A stretch of 64,000 bases of DNA from Candidatus Latescibacterota bacterium (GTDB lineage Bacteria > JAAXHH01). The stretch covers positions 103,493-167,492 of the forward strand of contig JAJEHX010000038.1 in the NCBI GenBank assembly GCA_022823465.1, in the 5' to 3' direction. A program made the position numbers and the translations under genes. Of this stretch, positions 27,898 to 38,113 are shown piece after piece. Each line of letters begins with the position of its first letter. Position 1 is the stretch's first letter. The notes beneath the pieces were generated by a model. That model had not been told where the DNA came from and searched no databases. It was given only the letters and a program-made list of their open reading frames with translations.

Positions 27898-29115
27898 TCA
27901 GGCCGACAGGGCGGAAAGGCAGCGGTCGTACACCTCGAATCGTTCGCCCTCGGTTTCCTCCGGGTCGACCAGCTTCAGCCAGAGTGCGCTGCCGGGCTTG
28001 CCCGAACTGTAGGACCGATGGCTTCCGATCACGGAGGGATCTTCGCCGTGCCAGGCGACTTCCCCCTCCTGCATGTAGATGAACTGCCCCCGGTACCGGT
28101 CCACGATATGCTTGCGATGGTCGCGGTAGAACAGGCCCTGTTCGCAGGCCGTGCGCCGCAGCGTATGGATCAGCTCGGGCGCTTCGTCGAAGTCGGAGTC
28201 GAAGTGCGCCACCGGCGAGTCTACCTCGCTCTCGAAATCGATTTCTTCCAGGTCGACCGTGCCGAAACCCCGCTGCGCGGCCACCAGGAGATGGTTCCGG
28301 TCGCGGCGAAAGGGCGGCGTCGGCCAGTCGGAGGCCGGATCGTGTCCCATCAGGTACGCGCCGCAGGCATCGGTGGCCGTGATCTGGTCGCCGGCGATCA
28401 GCACGTCGCCCACGCGCCCTTCACCGCCCCATTCCCTTCCCTTCTGGCCCACGAGTCCATCGATAATATTCAGGCAGGGATTCGTGATCATCGCGAGGTC
28501 GGGGAGGACGTAGGACAGCCTTATGGCGTGGTGAAAGTAGGTGCGGACCCGTCCCCCGGGCGGAACGATGGGCGGAAGTCCGAAGAGGTTCTTCATGCAC
28601 AGGGTGATGCCCATGAACGAGTGATTCTTCATCTTCGCCACGGATATCACCTCGTCCGCGTCCTCGAACACGCCGCTCAGGATGTAGCGGTCGAACATGT
28701 TTCCGCCGCCCGGGACCTCGTATACCGACCAGGGCGGACGGTTGGAATCATCGTATTTGACGTCGAAATCGCGGAGGTGATGGACGTAGTTGAACTCCTC
28801 CGGCGTGAGTTTGTCCTGCGCGTAGGGATTGGTGTCCGTTGCGTAGATCTCCGCGTCGGTGTGTTCCCTGAGCAACTGCAGCACGGCCCGGCAGACCGCG
28901 TCGTCGACCAGTTCCTGGCGTCGTCCCCTGAACCGGACGACGTTGTCCATGGGTTTCATCATGTTGAACTTGATGACGATCTTCCGGGCTTTCTCGATGC
29001 GCGCCCAGGACTCCGTAAGCGGTTCGGTGATACGTCTCAGCGTCTCGTAAACGCCTTGATAATCCGTTCGATGGTCGCAGGCCGCCGCCCGGACGGTATA
29101 ACGCTTTTCCGGCAT
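27898..29115 (-). CDS. DUF362-domain protein (uncharacterized, often Fe-S/ferredoxin-associated)
   Basis: KMKNHSFMGITLCMKNLFGLPP block typical of DUF362. Confidence 0.55.
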   Translation of the reverse strand: MPEKRYTVRAAACDHRTDYQGVYETLRRITEPLTESWARIEKARKIVIKFNMMKPMDNVVRFRGRRQELVDDAVCRAVLQLLREHTDAEIYATDTNPYAQDKLTPEEFNYVHHLRDFDVKYDDSNRPPWSVYEVPGGGNMFDRYILSGVFEDADEVISVAKMKNHSFMGITLCMKNLFGLPPIVPPGGRVRTYFHHAIRLSYVLPDLAMITNPCLNIIDGLVGQKGREWGGEGRVGDVLIAGDQITATDACGAYLMGHDPASDWPTPPFRRDRNHLLVAAQRGFGTVDLEEIDFESEVDSPVAHFDSDFDEAPELIHTLRRTACEQGLFYRDHRKHIVDRYRGQFIYMQEGEVAWHGEDPSVIGSHRSYSSGKPGSALWLKLVDPEETEGERFEVYDRCLSALSA

Positions 29116-29402
29116 GTCTTGGTCTCCGGAGTGGTTCAGCAGGCAAAGGGTTAGCGGATATTGACTGCAATATATAAACGGTGCGCGCGATCACAAGGGT
29201 AATCACCGGCTTGACGCCTCCGCGGAATCGAGGTCGGCCTTCAAAATTAAAGGTTCATGCGTTTTGGGTTGTATTATTCCTTCCGAGGTGTCATATTGAA
29301 GACCCCTTTATCTTTTGATTCCCTCTCGGCGAATCCGAAACGCCACCGGCAACGCGATGCGCCCGCAGTCGAATGACGGGCCCGGCCGAGCGCCGCGGCT
29401 AT

Positions 29403-29450
29403 CAGGAAGGTGAACGCGGAATCGGGCTGCCAGGAAGGTGAACGCGGAAT
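29403..29450 (+). repeat. 20-bp direct repeat (CAGGAAGGTGAACGCGGAAT x2, 8-bp spacer) duplicating the Shine-Dalgarno and GTG start of dctQ
   Basis: Copies at 29403-29422 and 29431-29450. Each contains GGAAGG followed by GTG. The second GTG (29438) opens DctQ; the first opens an out-of-frame 83-aa ORF. Confidence 0.5.
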
Positions 29451-30025
29451 TGAATATACTCAGGAAATTCGTACGGTTCGTGGACGGGTTGAACGAACGC
29501 ATCGGCACAGCCGTTTCCTGGTTCACGACCCTGCTCGTCCTGACCGTCTGTCTCGACGTATTCACGCGGTATTTCCTGCGCAGAAGCAGTGTGGCGGTGC
29601 AGGAACTGGAGTGGCATTTCTTTGCCGTGATCTTCCTGCTCGCCTCGGCCTGGGCCCTTAAACACAACAAGCACGTCCGCGTAGACGTGCTGTACATGAA
29701 CTTCAAGCCCCGGCACCAGGCCCTGGTAAATCTCATCGGCAGCCTGCTGTTTCTGCTTCCCTTCGCCGTGATCGCCATCTGGAGTTCCCAGAATTTCGTC
29801 CTGAATTCCTTCCGGATCGGTGAGGTTTCACCCGATCCCGGGGGACTGCCCGCCCGTTACATCCTGAAATCCATGATCCCCATAGGATTTACGCTGATTC
29901 TCCTGCAGGGACTGGCCATGGCGGCACGCTCCCTGGACAGGTTCATCCATGGAGGAGAAGACCCCTTGGGCGATGAGGACGAGCCGCCCCCGAGGGGGCT
30001 TTCGGCCAGGGAGGACGCGGTTTGA
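29438..30025 (+). CDS. dctQ: TRAP transporter small permease subunit (DctQ family), GTG start
   Basis: Four TM helices, about 190 aa. Overlaps the DctM start by 4 bp. Confidence 0.7.
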   Translation: MNAELNILRKFVRFVDGLNERIGTAVSWFTTLLVLTVCLDVFTRYFLRRSSVAVQELEWHFFAVIFLLASAWALKHNKHVRVDVLYMNFKPRHQALVNLIGSLLFLLPFAVIAIWSSQNFVLNSFRIGEVSPDPGGLPARYILKSMIPIGFTLILLQGLAMAARSLDRFIHGGEDPLGDEDEPPPRGLSAREDAV

Positions 30026-31334
30026 TCGAAGCGATGCCGCTTATCCTGTTCGCGGTCCTGTTCATTCTGCTCCTGATGGGGTACCCGGTCGCCTTCACCC
30101 TCGGCGGCGTGTCCGTACTGCTCGGACTGATGACCTTCGGCGCGGATTTCTTCAACCTGCTGCCCCTGCGAATCTGGGGCGTCATGACGAATTACGTCCT
30201 TCTCGCCGTGCCCCTCTTCGTCTACATGGGCGTCATGCTGGAGAAATCCGGCCTGGCAGAGGACATGCTGGAGACCATGGCCCTGCTCTTCGGCCGCCTG
30301 CGGGGCGGGCTCGCGGTGGCGGTCGTGATCGTGGGCGCCCTGCTGGGCGCGTCTACGGGCATCGTGGGGGCGACGGTCGTGACCATGGGCCTGCTCAGCC
30401 TGCCTACGATGCTGAGGCGGGGCTACAGTCCCCAGGTGGCGACGGGAACGATCGCCGCGTCGGGTACGCTCGGACAGATCATCCCGCCCAGCGTGGTGCT
30501 CGTGCTGCTCGGGAGCATCCTCAACGTGTCGGTCGGGGACATGTTCATCGGCGCCGTCATCCCCGGCGCCATCCTCGTGGGCATGTATCTAGTCTGGATC
30601 TCCATCGTGGCCATGTTCAAACCCGCCGAGGCCCCGGCCATGCCCGCCGAGGAACTGGCCGCGTTCCGGGAGAGCGGCATGTTCAGGAAGATCATCCGCG
30701 CCTTCCTGCTTCCCATCGGCCTCATGACCGTCGTGCTGGGCTCCATCTTCGCGGGCATCACCTCGCCGACGGAAGCGGCGGCCGTGGGCGCGCTGGGCGC
30801 GACCCTGCTCACCGTCTTCCAGGGCAAGTTTTCCTATGAAACCCTGAAGGCGGTCATGAAGGAGTGCACGCATATCACGTGCATGGTCTTCTTCGTGCTG
30901 GTGGGCGCCGAGGCCTTCGGACTGTCTTCCGGGGCATGAAGGGCGACGCGTACATGACCAGCCTGATCATGGATGCCAACCTGAGTACCTACGCCTTCCT
31001 GGCGCTGGTCCTCGTCATGATCTTCATCGCCGGGTTCTTTATCGACTTCATCCAGATCACCTACATCATCGTGCCGGTCGTCACGCCTATTTTCATCGCC
31101 TTCGGAGTCGATCTGCTGTGGCTCGGCATCCTGATCGCGGTAAACCTGCAGACATCCTTCCTCACGCCGCCCTTTGGGTTTTCCCTGTTCTATCTTAAGG
31201 GGGTCGCGCCGCCCGAAGTGCAGACCCGGCATATCTACCGGGGTATTCTGCCTTTTATCGTCATACAGCTCATCTGCCTGAGCCTGCTGGTATACACGCC
31301 TTACCTCGCAACGTGGCTGCCGAGCTTGCGATAG
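30022..31334 (+). pseudogene. dctM: TRAP transporter large permease (DctM family) interrupted by a -1 frameshift near 30929
   Basis: The DctM reading frame spans ORFs 30022-30939 and 30864-31334. The junction GGACTGTCTTCCGG would read ...AEAFGL-VFRGMKGD... if one G were inserted. No DctP solute-binding gene is adjacent. Confidence 0.6.
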
Positions 31335-31473
31335 ATGAGGCTTGCGAGCCTGCCGCGGTACGTGGATCTAAGGGATTAGTTGATCCGGCGATGTGGAGGA
31401 GCGGCAGCCGGGCTGCCCGGGCTGCCCGCTCCGGCCGAATCAGGCTGGTTCTGACTTCCGCGATTACAATCTT

Positions 31474-33117
31474 CTAATACCCGATCGCGCATCCGTCCTT
31501 GCGTGGCTCCGACGCGCCGTGCAGCATGCCCGTATCCGTGTCTATGCGTATGGCCTGGTAGCCGCCGTATCCGTGGGAAGACCGGGTGATCCGGTGGCCC
31601 TTCTCCTCGAGACGACGGAAGGTATCTTCGCTGACGCCGTCTTCCACGTCGACTCTGCCCCCGCCGGCCTCCATAGGTGCTCCGGTGGGCTCGGCCGAGC
31701 CGAAGTGCTGGAAGCGGGGGGCGTCGCCCGCTTCCTGTACGTCCATGCCGAAATCGATCATGTTGCAGAGGACCTGTGCATGTCCCTGCGGCTGCATGGC
31801 GCCGCCCATCAGTCCGAAGGTGAGCCAGGGCCGGCCGTCCTGCGTCACCATGGCCGGGATGATGGTGTGGAAAGGGCGTTTGTGGGGGACGAGGGCGTTG
31901 CGGTGCGCCGGATCCAGGGAAAACAGCTGTCCCCTGTTCTGGATCGGAAACCCGGTGCGCTCCGGCACGATACCCGAACCGAATCCCCGGAAGATGCTCT
32001 GGATGAACGAGACTGCGTTGCGTGCTTCGTCGACCACCGTCATGTAGGCCGTGTCCCCATGGTGCAGGATGGGATCGCCGGCCGGGACGCCGATGGCCGC
32101 CCGGTCCCGATCGATCCGGCCGCGCTGTCTTTCGGCATAGTCCTTGGACAGCAGGGATTCCACGGGCACGTCCGCGAAGGCGGGATCGGCGTAGAACACG
32201 GCGCGGTCGGCGTAGGCGAGTTTCTTGGCTTCGATCTGCAGGTGCAGGGTCTCCGCCGACTGGCAGCCTGTTTCGGCGAGGTCGTAGCCTTCCAGGATGT
32301 TCAGCATCTGCAGGGCGGCGATGCCCTGCCCGCTCGGCGGCAGTTCCCAGACCGTATGGCCCCGGTAGTCTGCGCACACGGGGTCGTCCCAGGTCGACAC
32401 GTGGTCCCGGAAATCCTCGAGACTGAACAATCCGCCTGCGTCCCGCGAACAGGCCACGATAGCCTCGGCGATTTCGCCGTGATAGAACGCGTCGCGGCCG
32501 CCTTCGGCCAGGATGTGGTAGGACCGGGCCAGGTCCGGGTTTTTGAATACGGCGCCCGGCTCGGGCGCCCGGCCGTCCGGCAGATATACCCGTACGGACT
32601 CGGGCCACGGTTTCAGCAGGGACGTGGACCCCGCCCAGTCCCGCGCGATGATGTCCGAAACAGGAAACCCGTTCTCCGCGTAAAAGATAGCAGGTTCCAG
32701 CACCTGTTCCATGGACATGGTGCCGAAGCGGTCGAGGAGGCAGGCCCAGCCGTCGACGCAGCCAGGCACGGACCAGTTGAGCGGCCCGGTATCGGGTATG
32801 TAGTCGCATCCCAGTCCGGCATAGTGTTCGATCGTGGCGGCGTAGGGTGCCCTGCCGCTCGCGTTGAGGCCGGTCAGCTCGCCGCTTTCGGCTTCCCAGA
32901 CGATGGCGAACAGGTCGCCTCCGATACCGCAGGACATGGGTTCCACCACGCCGAGGGCCGCGTTGACGGCGATGGCGGCGTCAATGGCATTGCCGCCCGC
33001 CTTGAGTATATCAATGCCCGCCTGGGCGGCCAGCGGCTGGCTCGTGGCCACCATGCCCCTGGGCGCCATGACGACAGAGCGCCGCGAGCCTCGGTAGGAA
33101 TAAGGATCATATCGCAT
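31474..33117 (-). CDS. ggt: Gamma-glutamyltransferase
   Basis: N-terminal TSQPLAAQAGIDILKAGGNAIDAAIA...GIGGD. Catalytic Thr region ...GDTAYMTVVD. Confidence 0.85.
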   Translation of the reverse strand: MRYDPYSYRGSRRSVVMAPRGMVATSQPLAAQAGIDILKAGGNAIDAAIAVNAALGVVEPMSCGIGGDLFAIVWEAESGELTGLNASGRAPYAATIEHYAGLGCDYIPDTGPLNWSVPGCVDGWACLLDRFGTMSMEQVLEPAIFYAENGFPVSDIIARDWAGSTSLLKPWPESVRVYLPDGRAPEPGAVFKNPDLARSYHILAEGGRDAFYHGEIAEAIVACSRDAGGLFSLEDFRDHVSTWDDPVCADYRGHTVWELPPSGQGIAALQMLNILEGYDLAETGCQSAETLHLQIEAKKLAYADRAVFYADPAFADVPVESLLSKDYAERQRGRIDRDRAAIGVPAGDPILHHGDTAYMTVVDEARNAVSFIQSIFRGFGSGIVPERTGFPIQNRGQLFSLDPAHRNALVPHKRPFHTIIPAMVTQDGRPWLTFGLMGGAMQPQGHAQVLCNMIDFGMDVQEAGDAPRFQHFGSAEPTGAPMEAGGGRVDVEDGVSEDTFRRLEEKGHRITRSSHGYGGYQAIRIDTDTGMLHGASEPRKDGCAIGY

Positions 33118-33147
33118 GGTTTCCGATTCGCTCCAGTCAGATGGTCA

Positions 33148-33987
33148 TCAACGGAAAAAGGTCTCGGCATTGTGCCGGGGCAGGTAGCCGATCTCTTCCT
33201 TCGGCGTCTGAATGTCGAATATGTTATACGTGTTGTCCGAAATGACGAAATAGTGCCGCGCGGGGGGCAGCATGCCGTTGCGATGGGCCGTGTAGGCGGC
33301 GTGGACCATGGCGGCCGCGTCCTGCTGATGGCACCAGACGGCGAAGTATCCCCTTTCCTCCACGATGGGCGTGTTGCCGGGGTTCACACCGCCCCATCGG
33401 GTAGCCAGCGCGCCGCAGCCCCGGTCTGCCGCCCGTTCCACCCAGGCCTCTACATAGGCCTTTTCACGTCCGTAGTCGTTGATCGGGCAGGCGGGCAACT
33501 GCGCGGAGATCGGCGCGGGCCATTTGCGGATCGCATCGAACTTCCGCTCGGCGATCAGCGCGTACGCGCCCGATTCGAAGAACCGGTAGGCGTCGTCCAC
33601 CGCGTGCACGGAGCTGGAACCCACGATCAGGGGAGGGTTGTCGAGCGCCAGCACCGATTCGAAGACCAGGTCCGTCATCCGGTTCATGGCGGCCAGGTCG
33701 CCCTGCCGCGCCAGGTAGACGACGAGGTCGAATCCGGACAGCATGGCCCTGAATCGATCCGGTTCTTCGGTGATGTCCATATCGATGAACCGGTCAGCCA
33801 GGCCGGCCTGGCCAGCCCGGTCGGCCTGGCCGGTGCGGCCTTCACCGCCGCGGCCCTCGGCCCTGTCGGGCGCGCCGGGCAGGTCGATGGAACAGAACCG
33901 GTATCTTTCGTCCATTCCTGGCAGGTGGATCCTGAGTCCGGAACCGATCGTTCCCCTGCCGCCGATGAGTAACGTGTTAAACGCCAT
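33148..33987 (-). CDS. NAD-dependent epimerase/dehydratase (atypical SDR) with a low-complexity repeat insertion
   Basis: LLIGGRGTIGSGL Rossmann motif. Insertion ...GRGGEGRTGQADRAGQAGLADR... is encoded by the GC-rich repeat GGCCGGCCTGGCC at about 33790-33850. Confidence 0.55.
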   Translation of the reverse strand: MAFNTLLIGGRGTIGSGLRIHLPGMDERYRFCSIDLPGAPDRAEGRGGEGRTGQADRAGQAGLADRFIDMDITEEPDRFRAMLSGFDLVVYLARQGDLAAMNRMTDLVFESVLALDNPPLIVGSSSVHAVDDAYRFFESGAYALIAERKFDAIRKWPAPISAQLPACPINDYGREKAYVEAWVERAADRGCGALATRWGGVNPGNTPIVEERGYFAVWCHQQDAAAMVHAAYTAHRNGMLPPARHYFVISDNTYNIFDIQTPKEEIGYLPRHNAETFFR

Positions 33988-33997
33988 GGGGTTTCCT

Positions 33998-35161
33998 TCA
34001 GTAGGCTTCCAGGTAGAGCGCTTTGATTTCGTCCGCCGTCGGGACGCGCGGATTGTTCTGCGGACTGCCCGATGCGAGGGCGTCTCCGGCCATCTTGTCC
34101 AGCGCGTCGGTCAGGGCTTCTTTCGATATGCCGCAGTCCCGCAGTCCGGGAATTTCGACTGTTTCATTCAATTCCCGCAAACCGTCGACAAGCCTTTCAC
34201 AGGCCGTCGACGTGTCGTCCTCTGCTCCGGCCCACCCGAGCTTGCGGGCCACGGTCGCGTACCGTTCGGGCGCCGCCGATACGCTGAACCGGGTGACGGC
34301 CGGCAGCAACACGGAGTTGCTCAGGCCGTGGGGAAGATGGAAGACCGCGCCCAGGGGCCTGCTCATGCCGTGCACGAGACATACGGAACTGTTTGCGAAG
34401 GCCATGCCGCCCAGGGAGGCCGCTTCCATCATGCCCTTTCGGGCCTCGTGGTCGCCGGGATGCCGCCAGGCCTGAACCAGGTGTCTGCCTACGAGGTCGA
34501 CACAGGAAAGGGCGAGCGCGTCCGTCATCGTGCCCGCCTTACGCGACACGTAGGCTTCGATCCCGTGGGTCAGCGTGTCCACGCCCACGTTGGCCGTCAG
34601 CGGCCGGGGCATGGACAGCGTCAATGTGTAATCGACAAAGGCTGCCGTGGGCAGGAGATGGGCGTCCAGCATCATCATCTTCACGTTCCGCCGCGTATCC
34701 GTAATGACGGTCACACGGGTCATTTCGCTGCCCGTGCCGGCCGTCGTGGGAATGGCGAACAGCGGTATGCCGGGCCGGGGTATGCGGTGATAGCCGGCAT
34801 ATTCGGACAGGGGACCGTCGTTGGCGGCCATGACCGCGATGCCCTTGCCCGCGTCGATGCTGCTACCGCCGCCGACCGCGATGACGCCGTCGCAGCCGTT
34901 CTCCCTTAGCAGCGCCAGTCCTTCCTCGACGTTCACGTCCGTCGGTTCGGGCGTCACGCCGCCGTAGACCTGTGCTTCGATGCCCGCCTGGCGGCACTGA
35001 TCCACGATGCGGCCCGGAAGACCCTGCCCGACGAGGAAGGGATCAGAGACCACCAGTACACGCTTCAGCCCGATGCGGACGGCCTGGGAGGCGGCTTCGT
35101 CGCATGCGCCCGCCCCGTTTATGATAGTGGAGGGGATGTTGATCTGCACGGGGCCGGCCAT
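33998..35161 (-). CDS. Iron-containing (group III) alcohol dehydrogenase
   Basis: GGGSSIDAGK dinucleotide motif and metal-binding His cluster, about 387 aa. Confidence 0.85.
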   Translation of the reverse strand: MAGPVQINIPSTIINGAGACDEAASQAVRIGLKRVLVVSDPFLVGQGLPGRIVDQCRQAGIEAQVYGGVTPEPTDVNVEEGLALLRENGCDGVIAVGGGSSIDAGKGIAVMAANDGPLSEYAGYHRIPRPGIPLFAIPTTAGTGSEMTRVTVITDTRRNVKMMMLDAHLLPTAAFVDYTLTLSMPRPLTANVGVDTLTHGIEAYVSRKAGTMTDALALSCVDLVGRHLVQAWRHPGDHEARKGMMEAASLGGMAFANSSVCLVHGMSRPLGAVFHLPHGLSNSVLLPAVTRFSVSAAPERYATVARKLGWAGAEDDTSTACERLVDGLRELNETVEIPGLRDCGISKEALTDALDKMAGDALASGSPQNNPRVPTADEIKALYLEAY

Positions 35162-35163
35162 CG

Positions 35164-36432
35164 TCAGGTCACTCCCTTGATGACATCGCTGTACCGCTCG
35201 AAGGAACCCGACGTTACGACTTCGCTGAGGGCGTGTACGGCGGTGTGCAATTCCTCGTAGGTCGTGTAAAGCGGAGCGATACCCAGTCTTATGTTATCGG
35301 GCATGCGGAAATCGGTGATGACCTTTTTCTCCTCCCGGATCGCCTGGTCGATGCGATATCCCTCGGCGTGGCCGAACGAGACGTGCGACCCTCTGCGTGC
35401 GCCGTTCCGAGGGGAATTCAGCGTGAATCCGAGTGACGCCAACCCGTACTCCCAGAGGGACACCAGGTATTCGGACTGATCCAGCGATTTGGCGCGAATG
35501 GGTTCCATGCCGGCTTCGAGGGCGAGATCCACGCCAGGTTCGATCATGGCCAGGGACAGGACGGACGGCGTACCCGTGAGATAGCGGTCTATGCCGGAGG
35601 CCGGTTCGAATTCGGTGTCGAAATAGAACTGTTTCCGGTGGCCGAACCATCCTGTAACCGGATTGATCAACCGGGACTGCAGGTCGTCTCGCACGTAAAG
35701 AAAAGCCGGGGCGCCCGGTCCGCCGTTCAGGTACTTGTACGTGGAACCCACCGCCAGGTCGACCCCCGTGTCATGGCAGGCCATGGGCACGGCCCCGGCG
35801 GAATGGCTCAGGTCCCACAGGATCATCGCGTCCCGGCCGTGGGCGATTTCCGTGATCCGCTCCATGTCGTACATGTAACTGGACTTGTACATGACGTGCG
35901 AAAGTAGCACCAGGGCCGTGTTTTCGTCTATGGCCCGGTCCAGGGCGTCTTCGGATGCAGCGAAGCCGTTATCGGCGGGGAGGACGACCATTTCGTACGC
36001 GGGATCGATCAGGTCCGCCGCGGCCTTCAGGATATAGAGATCGGAGGGGAAGTTTACACTGTCGGTCACGATTTTCCGCCGTCCCGGCCGCTCCTTGAGC
36101 GCGCCGGCGATCAGCTTGAACAAATTGACCGAAGTCGAATCGGCGATGATCACTTCATCGGGCAAGGCGCCAATCAATCCGGCAAGCTTGGCGCCGATAC
36201 ACCTGGAAAGGCCCATCCACTCGTCATTCCATGCCCGGATCAGGCGGCTTCCCCACTGGTGCCTCATCAGCCGGTCCATCAGGGCGATGGCGTCCTTCGG
36301 AACCCGTCCGAGAGAATTGCCGTCCAGGTAAATCAGCCCGGGGTCGTCGATCAGAAAGCGGTCCCGGAATCTGTTCAGGCTGTCGTGCCGGTCCAGTTTT
36401 CGCGCCCCTTCGAGCGAAGTTTCGTAATCCAA
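35164..36432 (-). CDS. kynU: Kynureninase (PLP-dependent)
   Basis: Hallmark STYKYLNGGPGAPAFLYV block (PLP-Lys region), about 420 aa. Confidence 0.8.
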   Translation of the reverse strand: MDYETSLEGARKLDRHDSLNRFRDRFLIDDPGLIYLDGNSLGRVPKDAIALMDRLMRHQWGSRLIRAWNDEWMGLSRCIGAKLAGLIGALPDEVIIADSTSVNLFKLIAGALKERPGRRKIVTDSVNFPSDLYILKAAADLIDPAYEMVVLPADNGFAASEDALDRAIDENTALVLLSHVMYKSSYMYDMERITEIAHGRDAMILWDLSHSAGAVPMACHDTGVDLAVGSTYKYLNGGPGAPAFLYVRDDLQSRLINPVTGWFGHRKQFYFDTEFEPASGIDRYLTGTPSVLSLAMIEPGVDLALEAGMEPIRAKSLDQSEYLVSLWEYGLASLGFTLNSPRNGARRGSHVSFGHAEGYRIDQAIREEKKVITDFRMPDNIRLGIAPLYTTYEELHTAVHALSEVVTSGSFERYSDVIKGVT

Positions 36433-36562
36433 GCGCGTACCTCTTCATTTCGGGCTATGAGGCGGAAATACAGGATAGGGACGGCAAAAGGAAAACCGGA
36501 ATGTATACGGAGGAGGGGGGAAGGACAAGCGGAATGTCAGGTCCGGGCCGTTCGGCCGGTGC

Positions 36563-37234
36563 TCATCTGCTGGCCCGCCTGGCCCGCTCGCCCGGGTCCA
36601 GAGAACGCGGCTGGGTGTCGAAGATGTTCAGGTCCGCGAATGCCATCACCCGGGCCAGCGTCTCTCGTCCCCGCATCATCAGGGAAGGGGAATCAGGAGC
36701 GTCTTCGGCACAGAATCCCGTCGCGTCGAGACCGACGGCATCCGCCAGATAGAGGGCCCGTTCGCAGTGAAACTGCTGCGAAACGACGATAACCCGGTCC
36801 AGGCCGAAGACCTTCTTCGCACGGAATACGGAATCCAGGGTCCGGACCCCTGCGTAGTCGAGCATGATATAGTCTTCCGGCACGCCCAGTTCGATCAGGT
36901 CGCGCTGCATCGTGGTCGTCTCGTCGTAGTACCGCGTGGAAGCGTCCCCGCTCACCAGGATAGCGCGGATTCTACCTGCGTGAAACAGTTCGGATGCCGC
37001 CTCGATGCGCGTGCGATAGTAGCGGTTGACCTCCCCGCTGGCGTACTTGGAAGTGCCCAGCACGAGGGCCACCTGGCACTCGGGCGTATCGTCGGCGAGA
37101 TAGTACAGGCGCGCCGAGGCGTTGCGGGTTATGGAGAGGTCGTTTACTATCATTGCCAAGAGACCGATCACGGCTACGGCCGCAAGTGATTTGGTCAATA
37201 CCCGGAGATATCTAAAAGCGGGATTGATTCGCAT
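36563..37234 (-). CDS. SanA/YdcF (DUF218) family envelope-biogenesis protein
   Basis: N-terminal TM anchor plus DUF218 core (VLGTSKY...ILVSGD...VVSQQFHCERA). Confidence 0.7.
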   Translation of the reverse strand: MRINPAFRYLRVLTKSLAAVAVIGLLAMIVNDLSITRNASARLYYLADDTPECQVALVLGTSKYASGEVNRYYRTRIEAASELFHAGRIRAILVSGDASTRYYDETTTMQRDLIELGVPEDYIMLDYAGVRTLDSVFRAKKVFGLDRVIVVSQQFHCERALYLADAVGLDATGFCAEDAPDSPSLMMRGRETLARVMAFADLNIFDTQPRSLDPGERARRASR

Positions 37235-37466
37235 CGGTACCGGTCGGTTTCGGGGGAATTGGGTCTTTCAAAGAAGGAGGACTGGGGTTATACTATCATA
37301 CTACCTGTCGGGTGGTATGCCGTCAAGCGATTAACCCGGTGTTTTCTGTTGTTTTCTGATTTTGTTTCGATGTTGAAAATGCGCCGCAGAGCATCTCGGT
37401 TTTGTACATGATTTGTACGTGGATTCATCCGCACCACACTGCTTTTAGACACCGGAGTGAAAGACC

Positions 37467-38108
37467 ATGTTGATACCTCTGTTGATCTGGCTGCTCCCCA
37501 TCGCGCCGCCGGATAACTTGCAGGACGCGGCAAGCGATAGTCGGCCAATGACCGTTCTGTTCTATGGCAACAGTCTCACGACCGGCTTCGGGATTGGTAT
37601 GGACAAGGCCTATCCCCAACTGATCCAGCATAAGATCGACGGTCTCGGCTGGCCCTTCAGGGTAATCAACGGAGGCGTGGGTGGAGAAACGTCGGCGGGC
37701 GGGTTGAGCCGCATCGACTGGGTGCTGCGGAACAGGGTGGACGTGTTTGTCCTCGAACTCGGCGGGAACGACGGCCTGCGGGGCGTCGACCCTCGTGCCA
37801 CGCGAAGGAATCTACAGGCAATCATCCGGCGTGTCCGCGCCCGGTACCCGGAGACGAAGATCATACTCGCGGGCATGCAGGCGCCGCCGAACATGGGGCA
37901 GCGCTTTGTAACGGAATTCAGGGAGATCTACACGGAACTGGCCGAATCGGAGCGTGTCTCGCTTATCCCTTTTATACTCGAAGGCGTCGGCGGCATTGCG
38001 GAACTGAACCTGCCCGACGGCATTCATCCGACGGCCAAAGGGCACGCCATCATGGCGGAGAACGTGTGGAAGGTTCTGGAACCCGTCCTCAAAGACCTGC
38101 GTCCGTAA
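37467..38108 (+). CDS. SGNH/GDSL hydrolase, TesA-like (arylesterase / lysophospholipase L1 family)
   Basis: Block I FYGNSLTTG, block III GGNDG, block V DGIHP. Divergent from the ybbA/ybbP-like ABC genes, as in the E. coli tesA locus. Confidence 0.75.
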   Translation: MLIPLLIWLLPIAPPDNLQDAASDSRPMTVLFYGNSLTTGFGIGMDKAYPQLIQHKIDGLGWPFRVINGGVGGETSAGGLSRIDWVLRNRVDVFVLELGGNDGLRGVDPRATRRNLQAIIRRVRARYPETKIILAGMQAPPNMGQRFVTEFREIYTELAESERVSLIPFILEGVGGIAELNLPDGIHPTAKGHAIMAENVWKVLEPVLKDLRP

Positions 38109-38113
38109 TCCTG

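Noticed and set aside
31393-33972. 859-aa plus-strand ORF
   Set aside because: Antisense to GGT and the SDR gene, both of which have strong family motifs. A shadow ORF.
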